64,000 nt of DNA from Octopus sinensis (taxonomy: Eukaryota), in assembly GCF_006345805.1 (NCBI RefSeq), contig NC_043001.1, forward strand, positions 95,108,001 to 95,172,000, read 5' to 3'. The notes under the pieces were generated by a model. The model was given only the letters and a program-made list of their open reading frames with translations. It made no database searches and was not told where the DNA came from. Positions 1 to 13,830 of the stretch are shown here, in pieces. The translations under genes and the position numbers were made by a program. Every line of letters begins with the position of its first letter. The first letter of the stretch is position 1.

Positions 1-284
1 TATAAAATACACGTGGAAATGTAAGGGTAACATATGAAAAATCAACGAAAATGCACATTGCAAATAAAAAAAGGCTACTTATGACAGGTTAAGACAAATA
101 TATACATTCAGATTGACTGAGGTAGTAATACGAGTCATAAAAGTCATTATTACGAGATGATTATAAGATGATAATAAAGTAAGAGAACAAAACGGACCAT
201 GGTTTACGCTAAGCTACTCCTCGTTTGAACAACACCGGTTAATATATATATATATATATGTGTGTGTATACATATATGTCTCTC

Positions 285-352
<68 letters not shown>

Positions 353-578
353 ATATATGTGTGTGAGCGTATTATTAAGGAGAATGTCAAACATGTTCAG
401 CAATTTATCTATACAAAAATTCTGTCATAGATCAATGCACATCTGTCTTTAAAATATACGAATGAATCAATCGTTAAAATATTAAAACGTATTAATAATT
501 CATGAATATACAAATATATAAAAAATCTAATATATAAATATGTGCGTATGCGTACGTGCGTGTGTGTGTGTGTGTGTA

Positions 579-835
579 GGTGTGGAGGTGCGTTGCTTAT
601 TGGTTAGAGTGTCAACATCATGATCGTAATATTGTGGTTTCGATTCCTGAACCGGGCGACGCGTTGTGTTCTTCAGCAAAACACTTCAGTACACGTTGTT
701 CCAATCCACTCACTTGGCAAAAAATGAGTAAACCTGCGATGGATTGGCGTCCCATCCAGCTGTGGAACACATACGCCGTAGAAACCAGGAAACCATGCCC
801 ATGAGCCTGGCTAGGCTTCAAAAGGGCGCATTTAG
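579..835 (+). mobile_element. tRNA-derived SINE with CORE-like central domain (family C here)
   Basis: A-box TGGTTAGAGTG (601) and B-box GGTTTCGATTCC (~637). These are followed by CORE-like gttgtgttcttcagcaaaacactt...aaatgagta and cctgcgatggattggcgtcccatccag; ends next to (TA)n. Confidence 0.75.
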
Positions 836-837
836 TT

Positions 838-879
<42 letters not shown>

Positions 880-957
880 AAATATTAGGGAATAAATCCA
901 AATTTACAGGGAAAAAAAGTCAGATTTAGGATTAAATCCAATTTTATAGTAAAATAT

Positions 958-1118
958 TATATAATATTATTAGAGACAAAACCACTATTTTGCAAAACAA
1001 ACAAGGAAAGACTTGATCAATACATAAAATTTTAATAAAAATTGACTTTTTATTAAAATTTTATGTATTGATTAAGTCTTTCCTTGTTTGTTTTGCAAAA
1101 TAGTGGTTTTGTCTCTAA

Positions 1119-1130
<12 letters not shown>
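958..1130. repeat. Fold-back palindrome: 84-bp arms, 5-nt loop
   Basis: Arms 958-1041 and 1047-1130 are reverse complements with one mismatch (G1015/T1073); loop ttgac; embedded in (TA)n. Confidence 0.95.
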
Positions 1131-1159
<29 letters not shown>

Positions 1160-1288
1160 ACATACATACATATATACATGCATACATATAGATATAGGTA
1201 GATAGAGCCCTTGTAATCCGTTACAGCAAGCACTTACATAGCGTACCAAGTCGTTTAGATCACTTGTGAAGTAAACTACCTTACTTTG

Positions 1289-1413
<125 letters not shown>

Positions 1414-1939
1414 GTATGTATATGTATATACGCGCATGCATATATAAGTATATATGTATTATATGTGTGTGTATATAAATATACTTCCACATACGCATAT
1501 GTATATATATATAAATATATATTCAAAGAGAGAGAGAGAGAGAGCAAAGTTTAATCATACACGTTCATATGCATATGTGCTTGTGCGTTTGTATGTTACT
1601 GTAAATTACATCACCATCTGGTAATCGTGATTTATATTGTTTTCGCAACATGAGACTGTCTTAAATATTGCTATAATAATAAGTTAGGACACATTAGATG
1701 AGAAATGTAGACGCCATTTTCTAGGTATACCGCGAATTTATCTAAGTTTATGCTCCAAATAGTTAGATGAATCGAACAATTTCTCTCTCTAATGACAGCA
1801 ATAATTTTTAAAATGTCTGACGGATTATAATCAATTTTATCAGTCTTCAATTATACGCAGATAAATACATATATGTATGCATATGTATGTATATGAATAT
1901 ATATGTATGTATATGTATATATATATATGTGTATGTATT

Positions 1940-1999
<60 letters not shown>

Positions 2000-2376
2000 C
2001 ATACATATATAATTACATACATACGTTTCTATCTATATTGTCATTGATGCCACCCCATAAATGCAATATTGCTATTAGTTTATGGCTTATGATTAATTGA
2101 AATGACTAACAGAGAATCACACGGAATGATTACAAATCAGAACCTACTGTCATTTATTATGATTAACTAACGTCGACGAAAACTTCTGAAATAAATCCAT
2201 ATTGTCCACATATTATACTAAATGAATTTCGCAGAAATTCATTAATGATTACTTTAGATATGTTGAAACATTTTACTCAATATATCAGATACAAATACAG
2301 CTAAATAGAAGAGTTTCGTACAATACAATACCCAACAAACGTTTTCGAAATTGAACCGAATATATTAATATATATA

Positions 2377-3408
2377 TCTTTATATATATAAAACTGGGAA
2401 TGTGTGTCTGTCTGTCTGCCTGTCTGTGTGTTTCCCTAAAACTGCAGAACTGCACAACCAATACCATTCAAATTTTACACATGCCTTACTTAGAGTCCGG
2501 GGAGTGTCATCGGCAAAAAGAATGTTCAACTTCTTGCCTAGAGCGAACCCATAGCAATATCATATCTTCTCCACTATTTCATTATTACGTGTTAAAAGTG
2601 ACACAAAAACGTTTCTCTATTTTATGTCAGATACTTTCACTTTAACAATAAAAATAATAATAACAATTGAATTATATGTAGTAAGTAATAATTAAAATCA
2701 AACTAAATTAACATGACAAAAGTAAAAATAGTAATTGGTATAAAATTGCATCAATGATTTTAACTTGAATAAGTGGTTTCACATGAATGGAGGTAAATAA
2801 AAAATAAAATTAGCGTGCAGAAATGAAATAGTCCAGATGGATAATAAGAAATTAAATTAAAGAAAAGACTATTGTCTATAAGTATACAATGCAGAGAAAA
2901 AAGAAGATTTGAACACATGGAGGAAAGCACCTTCGAAAAGTGTCTTGGTGCGACTATGAATGGTATCTTATCAGAGGTGGTAAATTCGCCACAATAGAAG
3001 CAAGGTTCGAGTCAACAGAGCGTACAAGGGAGTACTCGACTCGAACTTGCAAAGTGGAAATATTTTATTTCTACCTTTATATCTGGGACGTAAGACGTCC
3101 CGGAAAAAAAATTAAAATGCCACCCCCCTAGAAGTAGAAGTAAGCTGGATTGTAGCCACACTTCTATACAAGTGGAGGGACAAGATACAATTGATCGAAA
3201 TTACAAGACACGGGCTAGCAATTCCAGTATGTTATATATTTTGAGTATTGTTATCGCTAGCGATATCAAGATATAACTTTGTATTTTGTATTTTATGTGT
3301 AGATGTATATATATAGATGTACATGTAATATGTACACATATATCTATATATACACATATATACATGCACTAGCACTATGACCCAGCCACAACGGGTCTTT
3401 AATGCTAG
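2377..3408 (+). mobile_element. Probable non-autonomous Helitron
   Basis: 5' A|TC start followed by tatatatataaaa and a (GTCT)n tract. 3' end has a GACCC-9nt-GGGTC hairpin, 7 nt, then CTAG|T. This is the canonical Helitron terminal arrangement and A|T target; linking the two ends into one element is inference. Confidence 0.5.
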
Positions 3409-3449
3409 TATATATATATATATATATATATAAATATATGTATGTATAT

Positions 3450-3632
3450 AGGAAGAGTTCAAGAAAAAAAACAAAATACGAAGACAAGTGGTGTAGAAAA
3501 CAAACATGTATCGGTATAACGCTCAAGAATTGAAAAAGTATTTTACTTTTCGAGCCTACGCTCTTATACAGAAAGGGACACAAAAAAGAACAAGGAGAGA
3601 AACGAGAGAAAAATAGGTGTAGTGGCTACCGA
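3450..3632 (-). mobile_element. Short non-autonomous element (Penelope pLTR-like) with decayed hammerhead-like motif
   Basis: Minus strand cctttCTGTATAA-gagc-gtag-gctc-GAAAA-GTA-aaa (3541-3576) followed by ttcttgagcg; flanked by (TA)n; related to 31612-31795 and 42020-42220. Confidence 0.45.
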
Positions 3633-6600
3633 GTTATCATATATATATAGATGTATGTATATATTGTATATGAAATATATAGATAGACGAACAATTCTTT
3701 CTTTATATATATATCTATATATATTTACGCATAATGAAAATATATGTTTATGTGCGTGTGTGTGTCTGTGTGTATGCACATTTATAGAAATTATACGTCA
3801 CTATATATAAACATTTTACATTTTCTATAAACATTTCGAAAAGCAAAAACTTAATATGTTGTCTCCAAGAAACATTTCGATGAGCATTTCGTTCAAAGAA
3901 ACGCAAATATCGCATAGAATATCGGAGATGAATCATCAATCATAACTTTTGACATGATTTACTCATTTTTCAAGAGGAACACACTTCATAATCTGTGCTT
4001 AATCGATATATCTGAGGGAGGCCTATTGTTTTCTATCAAACGCCACAAATCTACTACCTACAACAGTTACTATATTTCAGGATAAAACATTCACCCTGAA
4101 ATGTTTGCTGTTCTACAGATGTACATATTCACATACACCAAAAATGTAGTCACAAGGATGGGCATGCATAGTTCACAGCCAATATTTCTACTATGTGTAG
4201 TGTGTCATGAATTTCAAAGATCTGATCTGTCTCCTATGCCGCCACATGTATTCTCCACCACGGTATATTTCGTGGCCAGTCATTTATCAGCAGGTCCTCA
4301 CTCACACAACACCGACATTTTTATTTCTCCAAAACTTGTTCTTTCAAAGAAAATATAACCCTTCTCATCAACCTGTTATCGTCAATTTTCGTAGATTCAC
4401 ATGCAAACTTTAGTTCCATGAAGATGATGCCTGCAAAAACGCATATATTAACAATGTTAGACATGTTTAATCTTAAGTAAAATTTTATGAATACATATAT
4501 GTGTTATACAATAATAGTTATTTATTAACAATCTGCTATATTCTTTTTCACGCCACTATATTTCACACAATTATACTACAAAGATAATCTGATACAAAAA
4601 AATTACTTAAAATCTACAGTCGTACAATGTTTTACTGGATAGATGCATCATTAATTACCCCTTTTTTTCTCCTACCTACTTTCGTTTATATCACCCAGTT
4701 CAACGTCTACAAAAAGGAATTTGCCCTTAATCGATCATGTTGTTCTTCCCTAGATTAACCCGTAACTGCAATCAAATGTACGTAGTTTCTACCACATTCA
4801 ACGAAATTGTAATCGATAAAAAGTTGTTCAGATGTTTTACGCATTGTCTCATCATAGAAAAGAACTTTTGGAGGCCAAAACATACATTGTAATATATTTT
4901 GTACTCCCATTTTCTGTATTTCTGAATTCCCATAAACCATCACGCTGTAGCACTTCCTTCCTTGCAGTCCTGGTAGTAAGAAATAAATTTGCTTTCTATG
5001 CAGTGAATATTTTTTCCACTTCCACAAGTTTTTCTCGTAACCTGGATAATATCATTTAGCTCCACGAGTCTTCTCTCATCCGCTAAAACATTATGCAATG
5101 TCTCTACTACCAAACATCTTTGTTACATACTGCAGAAATGTTTTTTCTTGAATTACATAGTGATCTACAAATCTAATTCATTTGACTGATGAACTATTAT
5201 GTAAAAATCTCTGAGCTCCACATTTTGGTCAATTAGATAACACTTTACTACATATACAGCAAAGTATGTACACGATACCGATTCTCTTCGTATGAAATCG
5301 AATATCATTAACGAAATAATAACATTTAAAAATTAAACACATGAATTTGACATGGGATTTACACTCGATGATAACATATTCGAAACGCTAACACTGTTAA
5401 TCATATTAGCTCTGCGTTTTGTGTAAAGAAACTATACGGTATCGCAACAAGGGGAAAGTCATTGATAATACATCCTCTCAATCATGCATCAATTGAATGA
5501 CACAAACGGAAATGTTATCTCCGTCCTACGTGCATATTTATTGTTATCTCAATTCTATGATGTATATTTTGAAATAATTGCATCGTAAGGAAAATTCCAG
5601 TAGATACGACGCCCATTTTTCATGAGATTTATTACATCAAATTATATTCCTCATAAATACTTTGATTTCAGCGCTTGCCTTATAATACTCTAGATAGTGT
5701 TACTATATGTCTAAATGAATATCGTTTCGATCCAAGAACAAAACAACACTCTCCATTATTTTTTGGCATGATGAGCACATTCCTTTTCTTTGATTTTTGA
5801 GATGCTAAATCGCTTTTCTAAAAATTATCTGACCTTTACTGAAGTTTGTCGAATGTGTCGTGACTTTTCTGTTGATTACACATTCTCTTCATAACAGCAT
5901 CCGTAAAACCATTTCTTTTAATTCCTGTTATTAATTGCCAACATTGCATCACGTGCAAAGATACCGGTTGCTCACACACGAATATTCCCAGAGAAATTGA
6001 ATATTAATAGAACGTGGAATCAAGGAGGCTATTTAGCTTTTCTAAGTGTAAAATCCTTTATACAATAGTCATATGCTTACCCCTCTGATGGTTTAAAGAT
6101 GCACGAAAGTTACATACTGTACTGTTCAATGAAGCAAGGTGAACATCCTGTTATCATATTAGGCAAGAGAGGTACGAGCATTTTCTTATGCACATCAATC
6201 ACATAATGAACACTAAGTTTAATCTTGTGTAAATTAATTCACTGGATAGCAACATCCATCTCTCCTATATGTTTTGTCTGAGGTAGATTGTCAGCCGTCA
6301 TGTCGCATAACATATTTTCATTGTTTCTATAATCATATTTCGTCAATTAGGCATCGTCCATTACATGACAAAAGACTTGTAACGTCAAATCCAAAATATA
6401 TTTAAATTCATTGAAAAAAAGAAGTTCTAGGAATACATACAGCCAATTATAAAGCCTTATTATATATTGGGATTTTAATGACTTCTTCAGAACTTCATAT
6501 CTGTAAATTACATACAGAGAGCGATCCGATTATACTGCGGTTGTGATAACTTGGTCATACTTAATGTAACTTCAAGGTGATGAATTGTAAGAGCGACATC

Positions 6601-9600
6601 ATATCACTGGTATTTTGACGATGATGATGGTGATGCTACACGCATAGGTGTCCTGCATCGAAATTGTATATATGATCAGATCCTTGAAATATTAATCTTC
6701 AGCTATGATCAATCCAAGTTAATTCCATCACATGTATTATTCCATATTATATCACTTATTTTTCTTAGGCTTTCAAATCGTAGAAATGGTTGCATTCATA
6801 GCAACACGTAGAGTTTTTTTCTACATTTATAAAGACAAAAATACAATAAAGATTGTAATATACCAGATTTGCGGCATTATGTGTCATGTCGTTCTCACCA
6901 TATGCAATGGAGATCTTTCACCTGTCCGCTTTTCCTTTTTCGCAGATGCACTCTCTCTAGGAACGCATACATCATCTTTGTGTCTACGATCAACCCACTC
7001 ACTATGCCCATACATAAGATACAAAAACACATCTTTTGTTGCATTACATAAATATCATGGCGTTTAATAATTGTGGACAAAACTGGTCTGTTTTTAGCCA
7101 CCCGTTTTGTTAATATCAATCTAATCGTCTCCATGTCGCTGATGAGGTACAATTAATGGAGATAATACAACCTTGTATTTACGTCCTCCTTATATATACA
7201 AGTCAAGCATATTACATACTCATGATGCACATAAATACACACACAGAAAACGTGCAATCGACACATGCATTGGTTTTCACACATACAATGTTATGCACAC
7301 AATCAGACCAGAAACTGTCGTGTATGTAATTTCTCATAATATTTCACGGAATCCACATAGATATTAAGATTATTGCACCTCCAGAGCACTCTTTTAATAC
7401 CAATTGAATAACGGAGTGCTAACAAAATATCTCAACTTATTCTGAAGTATTTGAATGAATATCTAGAACTTGTACAAAGAGAGAACATTCACTTGCGTAT
7501 ATATGAAAAGAATGCTTACACCTTATAAGTATTTCTTCTTTGTAGACATTTATGCCTATACCAGAGAAGGAAGAGAATTTGGTTTTTAAGTGTTTAGTTC
7601 CATGAGGTTTCGGGGGATATGAACTTGAAAGTCTTTACGAGAATGGCGAAATCGACATCATTAATGATATCCGACAAATGTCAGAAACTTAAAGGAAAAA
7701 CTTAAGGGAGATGCTGTATTGTTCAGAGAGTATTAGGTGCAAATATGAATACACAATAAGTCACTAAAATAAATCACATATACCCTGATATAGGTAGGAA
7801 ACGAATAAGCTAAAAATAAGTTTTTGTTATCAAATTTGCGTATATGCTAAAAGACATCTTGTATTATATCTAATTTACACATTTGAAGTAAAATGAGAAA
7901 CGTAATTGTAGGAAATATTTCTGCAGTTAAAAATTAATGAACTCCAATGAATATTAAGAGAGATTATTTCAACAGCAACTAAACTTTCATGATTTATATG
8001 ACAACGAATCATCCTACATTTTTGTCATAGATAACTGACGAGAAATGAAGAAACTAACTGAATTCATTTGGAAAGGACTAATACTACAAATATTATAGTT
8101 GAAGTTTCGATTAGTAAAGTGACTGCTGACGAACGTTTCGTTGTGTGCAGCCTTAACATTGAAATAAATGAACGCTTTATCGTTCATATTCATTGAGGAA
8201 TTCTTAAGATATATAATGATCAATATAGTTAATACTCAAATCAATATAAAACCCAGTATAAGGTGATGCAATACATATTAGGCTGCCATAAGCTTGCATT
8301 CGCAGTTATTGTCAGAACAATTGCGAATGCATCTCATACGAATCGCACATTTATTGCATCAAGGTTACAAAGGTTTCTGTATAAATATTACGGCGTGATG
8401 ATTTATACATTAACAATGGGATCTGTTTTCATTTTGGTTTATATGAAATTACGAGTTTCGTTAAAATATGAGCTGCTTAGTGCTGACGGAAATCAAACTT
8501 TTCCTATAGGTTTTGTCTTATATCATATTATATCATATTATATATGTAAGAATTATATCAGAAGTATAACTTTATTTAATAATCACCTCACCAACGTTCG
8601 CAGTCATTAGCTGGGCAAAATTTGTATCCTCTTCTCAACAGAGAAGCTGAAATTGAGGAGAAACACCTTTTCAGTTTGTGGGTTTAATGGATACCTTGAT
8701 TGTAGGATTGACAAAAATGGAAGAGAAAATAACGACGAAAAGTGGATGAAGATACTGGAAGTGGATGTTGCACTATATTGAGCAATTCCCAAACATGTAT
8801 GCTATCAAGATCTGAAAAAATTCTATCGTAGCGTGTCAGTGGTGAAGATCCTATTGGCGACCCTCAAGTTAATGAACCAAAAGATCAACAATACCGTAAA
8901 GTTCAGAAATGAAAAAGTTAAATTATGTTACATATTCATGGGATAAAAATACCAAATTTTAAATATATTTCGGGCATCCAAAACGTAAAAGTACTGAATA
9001 CTTTATTTACAATCATGCATGAACAATGTATCTTTCTACGTATTACTCAACAAGTCGGTATGTATAATATCATTTTCATTATGTACCAGGAATGTTCTTC
9101 AATTCACCCAAGTAATGAAAAGGTAACCTAGAAATAATTAGGATGTTTCAATGTTTTTCTGTCTCAAATTTAATGTTCTTTCCGACTTGAATGTACTTAT
9201 GTGCCCGCTACAACAGAGGAGGGATATTAAAAAAGCATATATCATAGCCACACCAAAATAATGTTATTTTATATATTATTTAAGCATAAATTCTGCTTTC
9301 CACTTCACCATTACTATATTCTCTTCATAGATTCCTGTTTATATTGGTGTGCTATACGTTCAAATCTGCTTTTCAAAACGGTTATCAAAATGTTTACCCA
9401 CCAAATGCAAAGTTGCCTAAATTTTTTCAGTCAATCCTTCAACAACAATTGCCTTAGTATTCAGGTATTGTATCACTTTAATTAGAAAAAAAAACGTATA
9501 AGTATTTAAACCTAATTATTACCAGAAAGTAATCATTTTGTTCAGAGTATCATCTTTTCAGTTTTGAGACTACGATAAAATATTATTTCAAAACGCTTTC

Positions 9601-10563
9601 TATATTGAAATAATTGTTCGAATGTTAAGTCATATCTGTATTTTATAATGGTTTACTTAAATTAATGCCTTGGGATACAATGATTGATTCGTTTAATAAT
9701 ATTATAAAATCAGTTTTATTTGCGATGAATTTCGTATTATTCCACTGTGGTTGAATTCCTATTATTTGTCAACAGTAATATTCCCTCAACTAGATCATAA
9801 ATATAATTGTACAACGTGCGGTGTTGAAAGAGAGATTTTTTTTTCCTTTAGAATTATTAATGGATTATATAATTCAGTTGGCCAATCTGTTTTCAAAGCA
9901 ATTGCACATTCATTTAAATTGTTGTACAATAACATATAAGATTTAAAGTTAATCTACGCAGAAATTGAGATCATTAAATAAATATTATTCTATGAGAAAA
10001 TATAATCTTCATGGTTTATAGTTCATATTTATGAATAAGTATTCTTCTGAGTAAAATGCACCAGCAATTCTATCTCCAAAATATTAACCGAAAAACCATA
10101 AAATACATGGCAGTAGTCGCGTATGCGTGAGAATTCAATACAGTTCATTAAATAAATTTACCCCGTAAATAATGTAAAGTTATATTTTCATTATGCATTT
10201 ATGAATATATTAAAACATTCGTTCCGATGCGAATATGAATTGCATGAAATTCTGAGTGTTATGTATTTGAACTGTTGTTTGTGACCATGAAACTTTTAAT
10301 AAAATAAATATGATATCATACTAAAAGTCATTAGTTGCGGCGACATATTTTCTCCAATCTAATGTGTGCTCCAGTGTGTATAGTATTAGTTTTCGAGATT
10401 GTGACATTCCTTATATGTGTGATTAAGATAATTAGCAGTCTAAAACCTGGTCTGTGATAATTCCCATAATAAATAAAACATTCATAGCACTAAATAAATA
10501 ATTATCCAAAATTCTGACGCCCTCCTTTTACTTAAGGTGTATATATATATATATATATATACA

Positions 10564-10613
<50 letters not shown>

Positions 10614-10628
10614 AGTGTGAAACGTTAC

Positions 10629-10821
10629 TCAAACTGATCTCCCTCGATCTGGACGAACAAGTTCTCTCCATAGTGAGCCACCGAAAATTCTGTTCGAGGA
10701 AATTGAAAATTAACAAAGCGGTTCAATTCAAGTTCCGACCAGAAAATACCTTCGTTAACTAGGAAATATGTAAGAACTTGGTTAACGAAGCCCTCGGCAT
10801 CATATTTCAAAACGTTGCCAT
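10629..10821 (-). CDS. Candidate exon of an unidentified gene
   Basis: Acceptor aatcttttcttcaatgacaaacAG, then an open frame xDGNVLKYDAEGFVNQVLTYFLVNEGIFWSELELNRFVNFQFPRTEFSVAHYGENLFVQIEGDQFE ending at GTAACG or an overlapping TAA. Protein-like composition, but no family recognised. Confidence 0.25.
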
Positions 10822-11091
10822 CTGTTTGTCATTGAAGAAAAGATTTTCTGCCGAACATTTCATGTGTAAATTAATTACAATTAATGCAAAATCTGTGATT
10901 AGAGAGATTTGTGAGAACAGTTTATGTTGATTGCACCAGAACGTCAGATTTGTGAGTGATGGTATTGGAATGGAGTAAACACAGACAAATGTGCGGTGTA
11001 AATAATGAGAGGAAAAAATGTGCAAGTCAGAAGGGATAAAGCTCACAGAAGTGACATCAATCAGAGCAATGATTGAGAGTCACAATATTTT

Positions 11092-11250
11092 TGCACTCTA
11101 GGTACAAGGCTCGAAATTTGGTGGGAAGGGCCAGTCGATTGAATCGACCTCAGCATGCAACTGGTGTTTAATTTATCGACCCCGAAAAGATGAAAGGCAA
11201 AGTCGACCTCGGCGGAATTTGAACGCAGAACGTAAAGACAGACAAAATAT
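11092..11250 (-). mobile_element. tRNA-derived SINE family B, 5'-truncated
   Basis: Plus-strand ...gccagtcgatt...atcgaccccgaaaagatgaaaggcaaagtcgacctcggcggaatttgaacgcagaacg is the reverse complement of a B-box plus central domain, shared with 20108, 48752 and 56030. Confidence 0.8.
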
Positions 11251-11419
11251 AAGATTGACAATTACATGTACCCATGTGTATTGGCAGCTGATAGAATTTT
11301 TGTCACGGAATGAAAGAAGAGGTGAGAAATGTCTATTTTGCGAGAGAAGAAAGGTAGCTAAACTCAATGCTAATTGAAGACAACATCATTTCTATAGTAA
11401 AGTTATGGGCGGTGTATGT

Positions 11420-11790
11420 AATATGGCCTTCTGCTGCTTTCCTGAACTAGCCTAAGAAAGAACCGAGAGACATGGATTGTAAAACTATAAAGAAAATATG
11501 CCAACATACTTGAGACAGTGTTCTTACGTTATACCTACCACGGAAGGAGTGGGGAGAGGACTAATATCAAAAGAACTCTGCATAGATAGGGAAGAATGTG
11601 ATAATGAAGATATGAAAAATAACACAGATTTCAGCTGCCTGAAGAGAGCAGAAGAAGCTATGGAGACGGCAAGATTATACAATGTAAGAAGAAACCTGGA
11701 GAGAGCGAGAGAAAAAAAAACATTTAGGGAAAAGAACTGCACGGTCAGCATTGCAGACAAACGCAGGTTGTCACAACAGATGAGTCTTCG
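11420..11790 (+). mobile_element. Decayed R4/Dong-type (RLE) LINE fragment, region C-terminal to RT
   Basis: Frameshifted translation VIWPSAAFLN*PKKEPRDMDCKTIKK / EGVGRGLISKELC / GKELHGQH. This resembles the NWT..EL..IDRKTRK, EGGRGL and K.LHGQ-type motifs of R4-clade proteins and parallels 60050-60570. Confidence 0.6.
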
Positions 11791-11908
11791 TTATGACTGT
11801 AGAATGGAGACGTAAGAATGGAATGTTATTGTGGACTAAAATCATTATGGTAAAAATAGAAAAAAACTATTCGTAAAATAGAATGTGCAGAATATTTAAT
11901 GAGGTACG

Positions 11909-11956
<48 letters not shown>

Positions 11957-12321
11957 TGCCTTGCAAAACTCTACACCCAACCTTCGAAACTAGATGTATT
12001 TTGTTTATATTGATAGGAAGAATTAATATTTTGAACTCCAATAATTTGTTTTAATAAGCACATTTATCCATAGTTCACAACAAATCGAAGAGATGACAAT
12101 ATAGGTAAAGATATTTCCTAAATGTGAAGATAAAATATGAAACCGGTTATTTCTCCCAAAACTATGTTACTATACGCAAACTTTTATAACATTTTTCTAA
12201 CAGAACGGTTTAAATATTTTCTTTAACACAACTCTTCTGTAGTTTTTTCACTCTATTTTATCTTTTATACATCCAAACACGTGTTTTCTCATACCGAAAC
12301 TCTAACCTATATATATTATAT

Positions 12322-12365
<44 letters not shown>

Positions 12366-12500
12366 ATACTTTCGTAGTCACTTCAACATGGCTGTCCGTT
12401 CGAGCAGAATCCGATGAAATTGTGAGGGGAACGAATCCCTTCCATCTCCTACCGACGGGACTAGTAGACCAGTCCTGGTTTCTTGCTATCCTCATATATA

Positions 12501-12531
<31 letters not shown>

Positions 12532-13642
12532 CAACTATAAGAGACAATCCACTATGTGGACGCTCTTACGCTAGCTATAGATCCGCAAAGGGAATCCACC
12601 ACCAAGAATTGTTCTCAAGAAATAATTCAACACACCAAGAACGTAAGCGAGCAGGACAAATGAAAAATAACGAAAATATAGATTAACCCTATACAATTGT
12701 TTCATCGTTAATAAATTATGTAATTTTACTTACATAAATATATTCGAATCCACATAATGGATTCTCTCTTATAGTTGTGTATTAATAATAATTACTGAAT
12801 CTCAGTCTTTTATACGCTGGGCCTCTTGGTGTTTAAATTGGTGTTATTAAATTAATATCCAATTTTTTCACCCTTATTTTGACTTTTATATATATATATG
12901 CAGAGAGAGAGATAGAGAGAGAGAGAGAGAGTAAGAGAAAATAATCATTAGATGAACACTCGTATTTCTATATTTATAGATGTTGAGATGCAGTAGGCAT
13001 ACCCCATATGACGACGTTACAACTGTCATGAGATTCCAGAAACAACCGACGGATAGGAATTACCATAATTTCATCCCTTAATTTTCTATCATTTTTTTGC
13101 ACTACAGGTGTACTCTGTAAATATATAAATATATAAATATATATATAAATATATTCTGTAAGTATATAAATATCTTCATGCTTCTAGATGAGACTTCATT
13201 AGCAGTTTCTGTTTTGCTCTGTCTGTCTCTGTCTGTCTGTCTGTCTGTCTGTCTGTCAGTCTCTCCCTCTACACACCCACACACACACAAACACACAATG
13301 GCAGAACACATATACAGGTATGTGTGTCTGTGTGTGTATTATTTATATACATATGTGCGTTTATATATGTATATATATATGTATGTCTATATTCACACCC
13401 ACACATGCATACATATACAGACACGCATATATATATATATAATATATATATATATATATGTCTGTGTGTATGTGTGTGTGTGTGTGTGTGTCTGTCTGTG
13501 TACATATACATATACGCATATAAAATATCATTGTGTGCGCATGTATATATTCTGTATAATGATGCATGGATATTACATAAATATACATATTTAATAAAGT
13601 TTCTATAATCTTAATACGATGTACATTCTGATTCGGAAAGTC

Positions 13643-13645
<3 letters not shown>

Positions 13646-13716
<71 letters not shown>

Positions 13717-13726
13717 CATTATTAAC

Positions 13727-13777
<51 letters not shown>

Positions 13778-13830
13778 GTTGTTGTTGTTGTTGTTGTTGT
13801 TATTGTTGTTGTTATTGAGGTTGTTCTTGA
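13646..13830. repeat. (ATT)n then (GTT)n compound microsatellite
   Basis: Directly visible; explains the poly-I and poly-N ORFs. Confidence 0.95.

Noticed and set aside
579-660. tRNA gene
   Set aside because: A and B boxes are present but no complete cloverleaf, and it continues into a SINE body; the same applies to the other SINE heads.
4850-5030. Plus-strand hydrophobic stretch resembling GPCR TM5-TM6 (YIVIYFVLPF...FLAVLVV)
   Set aside because: No DRY or NPxxY motifs or other helices in frame; likely antisense of a purine-rich strand.
11952-11985. Tc1-like terminal repeat tacagtgccttgcaaaa
   Set aside because: No matching opposite end or transposase found nearby.
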